A DNA stretch of 64,000 nucleotides from Geosiphon pyriformis uo1. Taxonomy: Eukaryota > Fungi > Glomeromycota. Made by a program: the position numbers and the translations under genes. The notes under the pieces are model-generated. The model saw only the letters and a program-made list of their open reading frames with translations. It ran no database searches and was not told the DNA's origin. Within the stretch, counting starts at the first letter, position 1; each line of letters begins with the position of its first letter. The DNA is taken from positions 943,580 through 1,007,579 of the forward strand of contig JAAOMT010000046.1 of assembly GCA_016748015.1 (NCBI GenBank), read 5' to 3'. Of this stretch, positions 14,070 to 27,088 are shown piece by piece.

Positions 14070-14217
14070 AATTGTAGCTATTTTTATTATTATTATTATT
14101 TAACGAATGCAGTCTAACCACTATCTAGTATACAGAAACAAAGCAAAATGAATCAAACTAGAGGTGGCTCATGTGCTTTCTACACATGACGAGCCACTTG
14201 AGCCCATCAAGGCAGCA

Positions 14218-16890
14218 TTACACACTCACAAAAACTTCCCTACCATTATCCAAGTCTGAAAAAAATGAGCACTACTTTCTAGATCCAAAGTTAACAGCAA
14301 AAGACTTTAAGACTCTAAGCATGTAAATTACACCTACAGACAGCAAGCCAGGCAAGCCTTGGAGAGGAGCAAATACCACACCTGTGTTGCAAACCAAACT
14401 ACACTTTTCCATATCAGCTCAAAATTTAGATCTCAACACCCAAGCTTTACCACAATGGTCATCAGCCAAATGGTAAACAAACTCAACAACAATCAACACA
14501 GCTTTTTTTCTGTCACCAAAAATAGAAACAGCTTTTTTAACCCAATCCATGAGGATAAACCCCTTATACAACATAGCATATATGCCATCATTAGATGCAT
14601 TCGCAAGTATATGGAACACCAAAAAAGACACCAAAAAAATGATCATTTATTAGAGATTTCTATAAATCAATATAACTGGAGACAACTTCAAAATGCACAA
14701 TCACATCTGCCAAGCATGTAAAAACATGGTCAGAGAATTCAACATTGTCACACATTAGGCACAAAACACTCGGATAATCCTTGTTATAAAGTCTTTTACG
14801 AACAGCCATCAACAATCTTCTATGTACCATCTTTATCAAAAAAATTTGCAGAGCAGCTGACTTCCTACTAATAAAACCTGCCAACATATGAACATCCAGA
14901 TGCCAAACTGAGGCAGTACAATCCCAGTCAACTTTTTGAATATCTGAACTGTCCAAAACATCAGCACCAAGCCCCGCTTCCCATATAGCCCAACATATAG
15001 TATAGTAAATATCACAGATAAAATGGCAAGCATTACCAAAAATGGTCTGACCATCTGCCACAAAGAACTTATAAAGAATTTCAGCAGAAAAAACCAAACC
15101 CGAATGCACTACAGCATGAGCCAAAATATCAGCATGATCATTCCCAACTACACCTGAATGCCTCTTTACCTTAATCTATCTTACCGAAATGTCTTTTGAC
15201 CTAATCAAGCCAACAATATGACACCTTTTCACCTATCATCTATTCCAAAAGTCTGGCTGATTTGATTTGCATTCCAGTACACAAGCATTTAAAGCTGCTT
15301 GGCTGTCTGAATGAAGCACCACAGAGCACGATAAGGGAGCACACTCTAATACTAAAGCAATTATCTGTAATTCAGCTAGAGTAGAGGACAATAAATCCTG
15401 AACCCTAATGCCCATACCTGAACCAATTTCAAAGAAAAAAGCCACTGCTCCACAAGCCACATCCTTTGTGCCCAGACCACTTAATGAACCATCAGTATAT
15501 ATGTTAAGCTCTCCGGCCCAGACTTCATGTAAACACTTGCAAACATGCAAATAGTCACTTGAACAGAGAAAATTAGAACTGTTCAAAACAATCTCACCCA
15601 TACCAACATCTTCAGACAATTATTTATATACACAAAGACTTTAGTAAACCAGATTGGTATCAGACCCCTAAGACTTAATCTCTTCCAATACCAAAAAGTT
15701 TTCCAGTCTATAATCCACTCATGTTTGGTAATCAAACCATTACCAAAGGCAACACCAAAATGCTTCAAAGAATGCACCACATCAAAATAAGATGGAGATC
15801 CAAGGATCTCAAACATTAAGAAGTGACCAGAACCACGGAATGCACAAAGTACATGATTGGGCAAAGAAACATTAACATTAATAAATATCTTAACTACTCC
15901 AGCAAGAAAATTGTTCAATAGACAAACTCTCAATTTGACAAGATGGTGCAAAGGATTATGGAGCACCCACCCTAAAACCTGCAAATCCAAAACAGGGTGT
16001 ACAAAAAAATGGCCAAGAATTTCAAAAGCATTTGAGAAACTAATTACTGTGGCAATCTTGAACTCTGCCTGTACTTGCTCAAATGATTTCAGACCATACA
16101 ATAAAGGATGCTGCAAGGCCTCGTTGAGAAAGTCTTTTGGTAACATGGTCTTAGATCTAAGACCCTTCTTGATTAAAATGTCTCACTTATAATACACACT
16201 CTTAGAAACAAAACTGAATTATGTACGATAACAAACAATAGGCTGAAGAACTGCTGAAACCAAATAAGAGAATTGCTTATCAGACACTGCCTTTCTGAGG
16301 ACCATATTTGAGAAAAATCTAACATCCACATGAGTCTTAACAAGACTTGGTTTGGACAGACCCTCCATTGACAAAAAAATACCCAAGTATCTATGAGATT
16401 CACCACCCTTTACTATAAAGATAGGTTTACTACTGATACACAAGGAAGCATTAGCCACTCTTGGATTGATGGAAATGACAACAGTTTTGTCATTGTTTAT
16501 CGAAATGTCATTGAGCTCAAAGAATTCACTCGCAATATCCAAAATATACTGTGTTAAAGCCTGACCATTCCCAATCCATATTGTATTATCAACAAAAGTA
16601 CCAGTTGCAAAAAAAGAAGATTTACTACCACTAGACTCAACTCTGTCAGATTTTGCAACAAAATTTGAATTAATCCTATATTTGCACAAATGTTCCTGTC
16701 TTTTGACCTCATACAACAAAGGATCATAAAAAATCCTCTATAGAAGTGGAGAAAAAACCTCATCCTGATCCAACCCATCATGAACCACATATCTATCAGA
16801 AAGACCAAAGTTGGTCATAATTCTATTAACCTAGTTATTGTAGATATTGCCAAAGAATTTTATGAAGCTGTCACACATTTTGATTCGCTC
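14218..16890 (-). pseudogene. LINE-1 ORF2 C-terminal part: RT (FVDN), RNase H, CCHC finger
   Basis: TFVDNTIW, HRYLGIFL, IYTDGSL...STLAELQ...HSDSQAAL, CLMCDNVEFSDHVFTC. Confidence 0.9.
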
Positions 16891-17312
16891 ACTCATAAAA
16901 AAAAACAGATATAGAACAATAGTAGACCAATAGGAGAGTAGTAGTTAGCATGTGAACATATTGCTCAGCAATATGGAGCAATATCAGAAATCATGGCACA
17001 TTGTTCAACAATGTGGAGTGATGTTAAGAAAATATAGCACATTGCTTGAGAAATTATAGCACATCACTTGAGAATGTGAGCAATCTCATAAAACCCAAAT
17101 TATGTATATATAGTGATAGCATTAGAAGTAGAAAAGACAGACCACTTAGTTTAGATTTGATCTAAGCAACCTTTTATACAAAAATATCAATAAATAATTA
17201 TTTATTATCCAAATTCACTCTTTACTATTAACATGAAGTGTTGATAGTAATTGATACTTAACTACACTAAAACAATAGCTCTTGATCACGGCTATTGATG
17301 GGATACTAATGT

Positions 17313-18224
17313 TGTTACAGGTGATTATTTGGGGTCTCAAATCAAATAACAAACCTGTAACTTGGTGCTTAATTGATATAATGTTGTTGGTAATATCTAA
17401 AGGTATTGTTATCTAAAGATTTTGGTTGAGTTCTTTGTATAATGAACAGAGATTCAATAAGGTTGATAGTGGTTGTATTCTTAAGTTGTTTTCCCAATTT
17501 TTTTCTTAGCTTGGTGGCCAAATTTATTCTGGCAGTTCTGCCCTTCTGGTAAGCTATCCAATAATATATAATTCTATCCTTATTTCTGGGTCTTTTACCA
17601 GGCTATTCGTGACGTCAATAACTCAGTGCTTAATCCTTTTAATCAATTTAGTGAACAACAAAAGAAAATAAAATAAAATAAAGAAAATAAAAGAAAATAA
17701 AGAAATAAGAAAATAAAATAAGAAATAGGTGTCCTGTCAATACCCATGATCAAGAGCTATTGTGCCAGCAGGTTAAGTAGTGGATAATAATATGGATTTG
17801 AAGATAATGGATAATTTCATTAATATGGGAGCAATTTCATTTCAAGTTATAGTATTCTATCTTTTGAAGGAAGGGTATTTAATAATTATGATTTTGTGAG
17901 TCTAATTGATTTTATGAGTTTAATTGACTCTGCGAATCAATTGACTCTAAGTCCCATTGACTAATTTTCTAACTTCTGATACTACTGCTATATATACATA
18001 TTTGAGATTCCTCAATTCTTCATGTCAGGAATCCTGGAATTCCTGGAATTCTGCAATTCTTTTGAGAAGAATTCTGGAATCCTGTGATTCCTTGTGTGAG
18101 AATTCTGCAATTTCTGGAATCCTGCAATTCCTTTGAGAGGAATCCTGGAATTCCACATTTACTATGTCTACCTATGATTGGCTAATTTATATGCTAATAT
18201 ACTTCCTATATTTTATGAGTAACA
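17313..18224 (-). repeat. B 3' LTR
   Basis: Near-identical to 30050-30977; TGTTA/TAACA termini. Confidence 0.92.
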
Positions 18225-18236
18225 TTATTCCCTCCT

Positions 18237-18674
18237 TTAATATTGAGCTCCTGCGAAATTTTCTAAATCTCTCTTTGGTATCAATGTTGTTGTGGTAATT
18301 TCTATTGCTATTTGTAAATCTAATTTTATACGTGATTGGGGTTTTTTAACTGTAGTGGTCTGTTCAGAATATCCACGTTCAAATTTTGCATCTGTATTAT
18401 GTGCATGTTCAGACATTATTATCACTGAATTGAGTTAATTTCTGCTTCATTGTAAGATCTAGAAGCGTGATATATCATTTGGTGTTTAAAGTGGAGTTTG
18501 AATTGTTGTTGTTGAAGTTTGAATCGTCATTGTCATTAGTGGAGTTCGAATCATTGTTGTCATTAGTGGAGTTTGAATTGGGATTACATTCTGATTCTGA
18601 TTCCCATTTGTTCTTGCTGATTGGCTTTTCTTCGAATATATAATGTATGGGAGTGGATTGTGACTACGTTTCAA
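18237..18674 (-). pseudogene. Remnant of the pre-dUTPase linker and dUTPase N-terminus in B
   Basis: MSEHAHNTDAKFERGY...LDLQIAIEITTTTL resembles MPERVHNTDARFDLKY...INLKIALKIPATTM in D. Confidence 0.75.
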
Positions 18675-18899
18675 TATTCTGACTTAAGGCCGTCAGGTGA
18701 GTTTTTCTGATTTATTGGTACTGTGGGAATTAGGTTTCATTGAGCTATCGGAGGTAAGTTTCCTTGTATGATAGTGGTGTTTGAATAATTCCCGGAGTTT
18801 GAATTGCTAGAGCTTTAACGAGTTTTATCGACGGTAAGTTTTTTTGTGCGATAGCGGAGTTGGAATTATCAGGTTTCGAATGGTTGGGTTTTTGAATGA

Positions 18900-19873
18900 T
18901 GTTACCAGACAAAATTAGAGATATTATTTAGCATAAAATTATCTTATAATTCCTATCATTAATTAGCATTGTTTCAAATTATCACTTATTACATTAGCAA
19001 AAATGTCCGAAATTATTATTTAATTAATAATCCAAATTATACACAACACAAATGTAACCTAATTGTGATGATCAATCATGCAATACTCTGAACTATGTAA
19101 CATTCAAAAGTTTGCCGAAATTTATAGAAATTCGCCGAAATAATTGATAGCTCACCGAAATATCTAATAGTTCGCAGAAATAACTTGTAGTTTGCCGAAA
19201 TATATCTTTAGTTCAGCGAAATTGTAGAAAATAGCAAAGTTCAAGTTCATAGAATAGTGTTACGACAAGTTGTATAAAAGAAGAGCTTCTCTCTTCGAGA
19301 AAATGTATCTTACTTTAGATTTAACAATTAGAATCATCTTTTACACACAAAAACAAAATAAATATCAAATAATTCGAAAAATCAAATTCTGAATTATTTC
19401 ACTTTTGAAATTAACTAATTCCTACTAAACAGTTTGAAATTGATTAGCTACCAATTTCAGTAAACTGTTAGTGACTCCAGGCCTGGATAGAAAACGTTTC
19501 CCTTGACAGAAATTCTATTTCTTTTACATTTCTTTTATTTTTCTTTTATTTTCTTATTACAATCATTAGGGTAGCCTACAGACAAGATTCCTGTAGAAGA
19601 GTTGACTTTCACAGCAAAGTAACTACACATTTTTAGTGAGCTTTTAGACGAGTAATTCCTGGGAAAGAGTTGATGTTTACTACAATATAACTACATAAAA
19701 GCAACTGGCAAGGAATTGGCCATTCCACTCATAAGTCCAGCAGCTCAAATTATAGGAGATAATTTGAGGATAAATTCAGTTATTGGAGGTTTAAACACTT
19801 CCCATAATTGTAAATTAACAGCATTACAACAAACATACAAGAGCTAAGAAGAGACCAAAAACCTCCAGTAACA
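18900..19873 (+). repeat. A 5' LTR
   Basis: TGTTACC...AGTAACA; TATAAAA at about 19274; followed by the PBS. Confidence 0.95.
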
Positions 19874-19918
19874 TTTGGTGCTCTTCTATGAAAACAACAC
19901 AGCAAAAACAACTTCAAA

Positions 19919-22900
19919 GTGGCGACCACACCAGACATAACAACTCTAAAGTATTACCAATCAATTTACACCCACTGCAAGCAAAGATTCAACATTCCAG
20001 ATGGAATTGAAATTGTCAAAAAATCAGTATACCAATACATTGAAAACCGCATTAACAATTATCTTTTTGGAAATTACAATATCTCAGAAGTTAGAAGCAA
20101 CCTTTACAATAATTTAGTACACTATTCACAGTTGGGAACTGAAGATCTTAACAGTAAAACACTTGCCACTTACTTTCACAAACTTAATTTTAACATTATC
20201 AAATACTGTGAAGAAACATATCCAGTACAGTCTCAATACACTATTGATTTTAAATTGGAAACAGAAACAAGCAACAAAGGCAAAAACAAATTGAAGCAAT
20301 ACTCAAAAACCACCCCAAATACTCCAACACTACCAAAAACAACTGCCAACCATTTACAAACACTTAAACAAGGAACCAGTTCAAAACTTCCACTTACTAT
20401 CACACCTTTTCCAGCTTCACTTGCACAAGCACAAACACCTAATTCACTCTTGAATTGATTTGCAAGACCAGAAGATTTTACATCACTCAGAAGTCCCACC
20501 AGACAACAAGAACCTTTTCAAACTAGTTCCAATCTCCTTGATTTTCTAGCTAAAAATCAAAGTGAACACTCTGAAACAGCAGCAAACAAAAAAAACAACT
20601 CTGAAATAACTGAAAAAGAATCAATAGACAGTGAAAATGAAGAAGACGAAATGACAACATACATCGCAAAAATCTCTGAATTCAATGGAGAAGATATTGA
20701 GACCAGTCCTCAAGAATGGCTCGACCAAGTTACTAAAGCTGGAGATGCAAATGGATGGAATGCTACAAGAATGTTAAGAACAATTTTCTACTTTCTCAAA
20801 GGAACAGTAAGAGAATGGTTTGAAAACTTGGCTGCTCTATTCAATGATTGAAACGCTTTCAAAGCAGTCTTCCTTGAACAGTTTACCAACAATAATACCT
20901 CTATCACCTTTCGTAATCATTTTTGAAATATCAAACAAGAACCCTCCAAATCTCTTATCACTTATATTGGGAAATTCAACAAACTTCTCAGACGAATTCA
21001 CCAACTCGAAACAAATGATTATTATTCCAATGCTCAAATCTTGGATCAATTTATCACTGGTCTAAAAAATAAACTAATTAAAAAGGTTTGCCTACATGTG
21101 CCAGAAGATTTAAACTCTACCATACAGCATGCGAAAAGATACAAAATGGCCATGGAAGAGGCCAATCGCACAAAACTTGTAAATTTGGCAATTGGAGAAA
21201 CCAGCTCAGCAGCTGAGGAAAAAATTGACCAACTCACAAAGAAGGTTGAAAACTATTTTACCAATCAACAACAACAGCAACCCCAAAGATATCAATCATC
21301 CCAAAGATGAAATCAAAATAATTTTGCACCACTTTCCAATAACCAGCCTTAAAATTGCCATTACTGTGGAATCTCTGGCCACTGGAAAAGAGATTGCAGA
21401 AAGCTACAATGAGACCAACAAAATAGGAGTAATCAACATTACCCTCCACCACAGCAATCTTATTATCAACTGCCACCACCAGCTTATTATCCACCAAGAC
21501 CCCAATACCAAAATAACTATTATCAGCCTGCTCCACAGCTAATCCAACAGCAATACCAGCAACCGCTCACACAACATTATCAAGTATCTGCTCAAAAACT
21601 GCTTACACAGAATCAATTCACACCACAAAACCAATACCAAGTAAACAACAATAGAATCAGTTCGAATAACCAATTGGTTCCTCAAAATTCCACTCAACCA
21701 AGACCCAACCACTATCACACTCAACCCAGTTATTTAACAATGCCAGAAGAACAGGATTTTCATCATACTGCACCCTCGGAAGGTAGAGCTGCAGCACAAC
21801 AACAAAACCCTTCCTATACTCTTACCACAATCCCACCAGCCAGAATCACTGAAAATGCTAATCTTTCAAATATATTCCCTTTTGAGTTTGAAGCAAATAA
21901 GTCACCATCCCTGCTTAGCAATATAGCTGCCAATGAACAAAAAGCAATCACGGCTATGTACACTGAAGCAGAAGTCAAAGGAAAGACAATTCGCTTGATT
22001 CTAGACAGTGGATCCGCTGGAAGCATTATTATTTACCAGTTAATGCAACAGTTGAAGAGAAATGTTGACCGACCAGCTCAAACAGTAATTGTCACTGCTG
22101 ATAGCATAAAAAAGACCTCAGTAGGAGAAATTGACAATTTTCCATTCACTCTTGATGAAATCACTATTCCAGTCAAAGTTCTTGTAATGGACGCACCTCA
22201 GTACCAAGCTCTCGTTGGAAATGATTGGCTTCAAAAAGCCAATGCTAATCTGAATTGAAAAACACAAGAGTTAACAATCTCTTACCAAGGACAACACGCC
22301 CGGGTACCTGCCACTTGTAGTACATTCAACAAACACTCTGAAAAAGCCCCAGCTTTTGAATTCGAACTGGAAGAGGAAAAACCCCTCATTGAAACATTCA
22401 TGGCTCTTGGATCAACGTCCAACTGGGCCGATAAAACAGAACAAGAACATTTTACCCCACACTCTGAACCCGAAACCTCTGGATGGAATATCCCTTACTC
22501 AAAATCTGAACCAAGAAAACAACACCCCTATATTTCTCTTAAATGTAAGGACTGCCACAAAAAACTATCGTCAATGGGAGCCTGCATTTCACCTGAAGAA
22601 GAATATAAAAATCATACTTGTTATTACTGTAAGGCTTGCCACAGAGAACAATGGGGCCATCTAATAAAAAGGAGCGGAAAATGGGACAACACCCCTTGTT
22701 TGACTTGTGGAGATATACTACTGGAAGAATGTATTTGGATTGATGTAGCCATGAGAGAAGGAGTCTGCAATCAGACCTGCCAATATGTTTTATTAATTTC
22801 AGAAAAAGTAAAAAGAGGAACACCTTTTAATGCGGCATACAACAGTGCTCTCAACAAACTTTATCACTACCCCCATGATGCTGAAATGATTTTTGACCTA

Positions 22901-25529
22901 GCAATGGCATTAATTAATGAAGCTACCAAAAAAGATGTTCGCCAAATGAAGGAAGCAGAATACATTGAATACATCATGGAATTAGATGAATTCGATTACG
23001 AAGATGAAGTAGAAGTCTACCACCAAATTGCAAGTCACACCTACCCAACTCAAGAAGCTCAAATTCAACGATTAAAGCAAATGAACATTAAGCTATGTAA
23101 AAAATGCATTATGCCTTGCAATGAACAGTGGTGTCTTGAATGCTACGCTCTTAGTATCCCCTTGCCCAGCAAAAATGATGAGAACAAAATTGAATTTGGA
23201 GAACTTAAAGCAACAGAAGAAATTGAAACAACACCTATCTACCTTATCGAAAATCAGTCTGTCTTACAACTTAAATACTTCAACAACAATGGACAAGGAA
23301 TAAAACCCAAAAAAGCACATGAAATTGATGCTGGATATAACCTAAGATATCCAGGCAAGGATACTCTTGTTCTCAAACCCAAATTTCTCACAAAAATTAA
23401 CCTCAAAATTGCACTCGAAATCCCACCAGGAGCAATGATTCAAATTACCTTCCAGTCCTCTCTGACAAGCAAAGAAATCAATGTTAGAGGAGGAATAATC
23501 AATGCTGGATATACTGGAGACATTACAGTGATGCTTTAAAATGAAACTGACAAACCATTCAAGATCGAACATGCTGAAAAAATTGCCCAAGCTATTTACC
23601 TACCCTTAATCAACATTTCGGGTTTACAACTAGTCAATCAAAGAGAACAATTAGGAAAAAGCGATAAAAAAATCTAAGGTTTTGGTTCAACTGGACAATT
23701 TACAGTTCCAGTTAACATAGCTCTTAACACATGGAACAAATCCCACCAGATTCTCAGACTTCCACAACCGATTACCATCTCAACCTTTAAAGAATATTCA
23801 GAAATCTACACCTGCCCAAAGCCAATAACCACACAACAAATTTTTGAGTCCAATAAACAAGTCTGCTTGGAACATAATATTTCAATCCCAAATATTTATA
23901 TTCCAGAAGGAACAAAGAAAGTCCGAGTTACTTTTTACAACCCCAATAATTACCCCATAATTTTATTAAATAATTTAGAAATTGGAGTTATTCACAGTAA
24001 TATATTTCAACAAGAATTACCCCAAACAGTCCCTGATTTCTCTGAAATTATTGGAAATTTAATACCAAAAATCAACCCAAACCCCAGCTCCGAAAACTAC
24101 CATGTTGTCATAAAAAAACTATTTCGAATCAACATAGGACAACTTGAACCACAACAACAGACCCAGCTCAAAGAGCTAATTGCAAAATTTGCCGATATCT
24201 TCACTAAAAACAACAATGACTTAAGAAGAACCAATTTGGTCCAACACCAAATTTATATAGGAAATGCCAAACCAAGAAGACAACAAGCATATCGAGTTGC
24301 TCCAGAAAGCCACCAATTCATCCGAGAAGAAGTACAACGAATGCTTAACAATGGACTCATCCAACCCTCCATGAGTCCTTGAGCTTCATCTGTAGTGCTA
24401 GTTAAAAAGAAAAATGGAAAGATCCGATTTTGTGTTGACTATTGACAACTCAACAGTGTTACAATTGGAGACGCCTACCTCCTTCCCTGGATTGATAACA
24501 TGTTAGATGCCCTTGAAAAATCCAAATACTTTTCAACACTAGATTTAGAAAATGGTTACTGGCAAGTTGCTATGGATCCCAAAGATTGCTCCAAAACAGC
24601 ATTTACCACCTAAGACGGAAATTACAAGTTTAATGTAATGCTTTTCGGATTATGCAATGCACCAGCAACGTTTCAGAGATTAATGGATGTTGTGTACTAA
24701 GGACTTCTTTAGAAATCAGTAGTCGTTTATCTTGATGATACTGATGTTTATTCTCCATTGTTTGAATTACACTTAAAACACCTGCGAGAAGTTTTTCAAT
24801 GATTACGAAAAGCAGGACTAAAACTCAATATCAAAAAATGCTACTTTGGAAAAACAAGCCTGGCCTTCCTTGGTCATATCATTAGTAAAGATAGAATTAA
24901 ACCAGATTCTGGAAAAATCAGCATTGTCAAAAACTTCAAAATTCCTCAAAACACTACAGAACTAAGAGGATTCATAGGATTAGCATCCTACTATTGGAAG
25001 TTTATCAAAGAATTTTTGGAAATTGCAAAACCAGCTTACCACCAAAAACGTTGAATACAAATGAACTACCAAACACCAAAAAGCTTTTGAAATTCTCAAG
25101 AAAAAACTGACAACAGCTCCAATTCTCGCCTACTCGGATTTCAGTAACCAATTTCGACTAGCTACAGATGCTTCATATACTGCCTTTGGTGCTATCTTAT
25201 CACAACTAGACGACAACAGAAATAAGCAAGTAATTGCTTATACTAGCAGAACATTAAAACCAGCTAAGAAAAACTACCCTGCCATGGAACTAAAAACAGC
25301 AGCCATAATTTGGGCCCTACACCACTTCAACCTTTATCTCAGGCCTAAAAAATTCGATATTATCACTGATAATATTGGACTCAAATAGCTTCAGAACAAA
25401 AATACTTAGCTGAATGCAAAACAAACCCAATAGACAGGATTTCTAGCAAACTATTGATACATAGTACATCACAAACCAGAAAAACTCCACACCAATGTTG
25501 ACTGTCTCTCCAGAATGAGACAAGATTAG
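19919..25529 (+). pseudogene. A polyprotein: gag (capsid, CCHC) - aspartic protease - Cys-rich domain - dUTPase - RT - RNase H
   Basis: ORF fragments at 19919, 20651, 21041, 21674, 22400 and 23867 are all in one frame. CHYCGISGHWKRDC, LILDSGSAG, YLDD (24728-39), LATDAS, TNVDCLSR. A small deletion near 25032 shifts the frame. Confidence 0.92.
23270..23695 (+). pseudogene. Trimeric-type dUTPase domain within the A polyprotein (homologues in H, D, E, F)
   Basis: All five motifs: DAGY(N/D)L, (R)SSL, GGII(N/D)AGYTG, EKIAQ, GFGSTG. Confidence 0.9.
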
Positions 25530-25581
25530 AAAAACACAAATACCAACACTCAACTTAACCAACCAAAAGAGCCAACAAACA

Positions 25582-26967
25582 ATGAATTTGGAAAACTACA
25601 ATGATCTCAAACAATATTTGGAAACATTAACAATCCCAACAGATTGGTCTCCAGATGAAAAACATCGACTACAACAACAAGCCAAACAATATTTTCTACA
25701 CAACAACATTATTTATTACTGAAATTTCAAAAACCCAGACAAACCACTCAGATTAATACAAGAACAGGAAAAAGAGACTATATTATACAACATGCACTCA
25801 GATCTTTCATCAGCCCACTTCGAAAAAGACAGCACCACCCAAAAAACACTAGAATACTACTTTTGGCCTCAAATGAGAAAAGACATTTACAAATATGTCA
25901 AATCTTGTGATAGTTGTCAAAGAAGAGGAGAAACTCGCCTTATAGAATCTTTAAACCCAATCAAAGTTGGACAGCCTTTTGACAGAGTTGGTATTGATTT
26001 AGTCGGATCACTACCTATCACAAACCAAGAAAACTGCTACATTGCAGTAGCTGTAGACTATCTCACCAAATGGCCTGAAGCCAGAGCCATTCAACAGACA
26101 GATGCAAAATCAGTAGCAAACTTCATCTACAAAGACATCATTTGTAGACATGGATGCCCAATAGAACTTTTATCTGATCAAAGAACACATTTTGTGAACA
26201 ATTTAATCCAGAAAATTTGTGGATGATTTAATGTCAAGAGACCATTATCTTCACCCTACCATCCACAAACAAATAGACTGGTAGAACAGTTCAACAGAAC
26301 ATTGTGTGAATCATTAGCCAAAGTTTCAACTGATTTTGAGCAAGAATGGGATCTTTTTATTCCATCAGTGTTACTAACATATAAGACACTAAAACAAAAT
26401 ACCACAAAACACACACCATTTAATTTAACTTATGGAAGGACAGCAACATTACCAATTAGTTTCACAGTGGAAACATATTCAGCACAACCAATTAATGAAA
26501 ACAATTTTCAAGAAATGCTTCAATAAAGAGCTTACACTCTGCTTAGCACATTGGAAGGAAAATGACGAATAGCAGCCACCCATATTGAACACTCCCAAGC
26601 TCAACAAAAAGAACGGCATGATAACAAATTGCCTCCAGTCACCAATGAATTTAAAATTAGAAACAAAGTTCTCTTACACAGAACTAAAGCCGAAAAACAA
26701 TGGAGTGGAAAATTTGAAAATAAATAGGATGGACTATTCTTTATTCATGAAGTTTTAGGCAATGGATTATACAAGCTAAGACTTGATGACAAAATTTTAG
26801 CAAAAGTTGCACATGGAGATCGTTTGAAACACTATAATTCCAGAAACAATCCTGAACCATTAATTCCACAAATTGGTACACATTCCCCTTTAATCAATCC
26901 CGAAGACATTCCCTGAAATTTAGAACCAATAGTTGTTATTGAACAGCCTCACAACTTGAACACTTAA
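25582..26967 (+). pseudogene. A integrase as a separate ATG-initiated ORF
   Basis: MNLENYNDLKQYLE..., HSDLSSAHF...CDSCQ, PFDRVGIDLVG, LLSDQ, VE.FNRTL, DGLFFIHEVLGNG (GPF module). No chromodomain seen. Confidence 0.9.
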
Positions 26968-27088
26968 TTTAAATTTATTATTATAGTTATCTTCTTATAA
27001 TTTAGAAACAATCTCACAAAAACAAAACAAAAATAACATAAAAACCCATGCACCAAAAATAATTTTCTTTTATTTCAAATCGCTTATA

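Noticed and set aside
15236-15619. Host RNase H gene
   Set aside because: It lies inside LINE ORF2 between RT and the CCHC finger in all three LINEs.
24990-25060. Programmed frameshift between RT and RNase H in A
   Set aside because: Comparison with D (IAQPFNQL) shows a small copy-specific deletion at this position.
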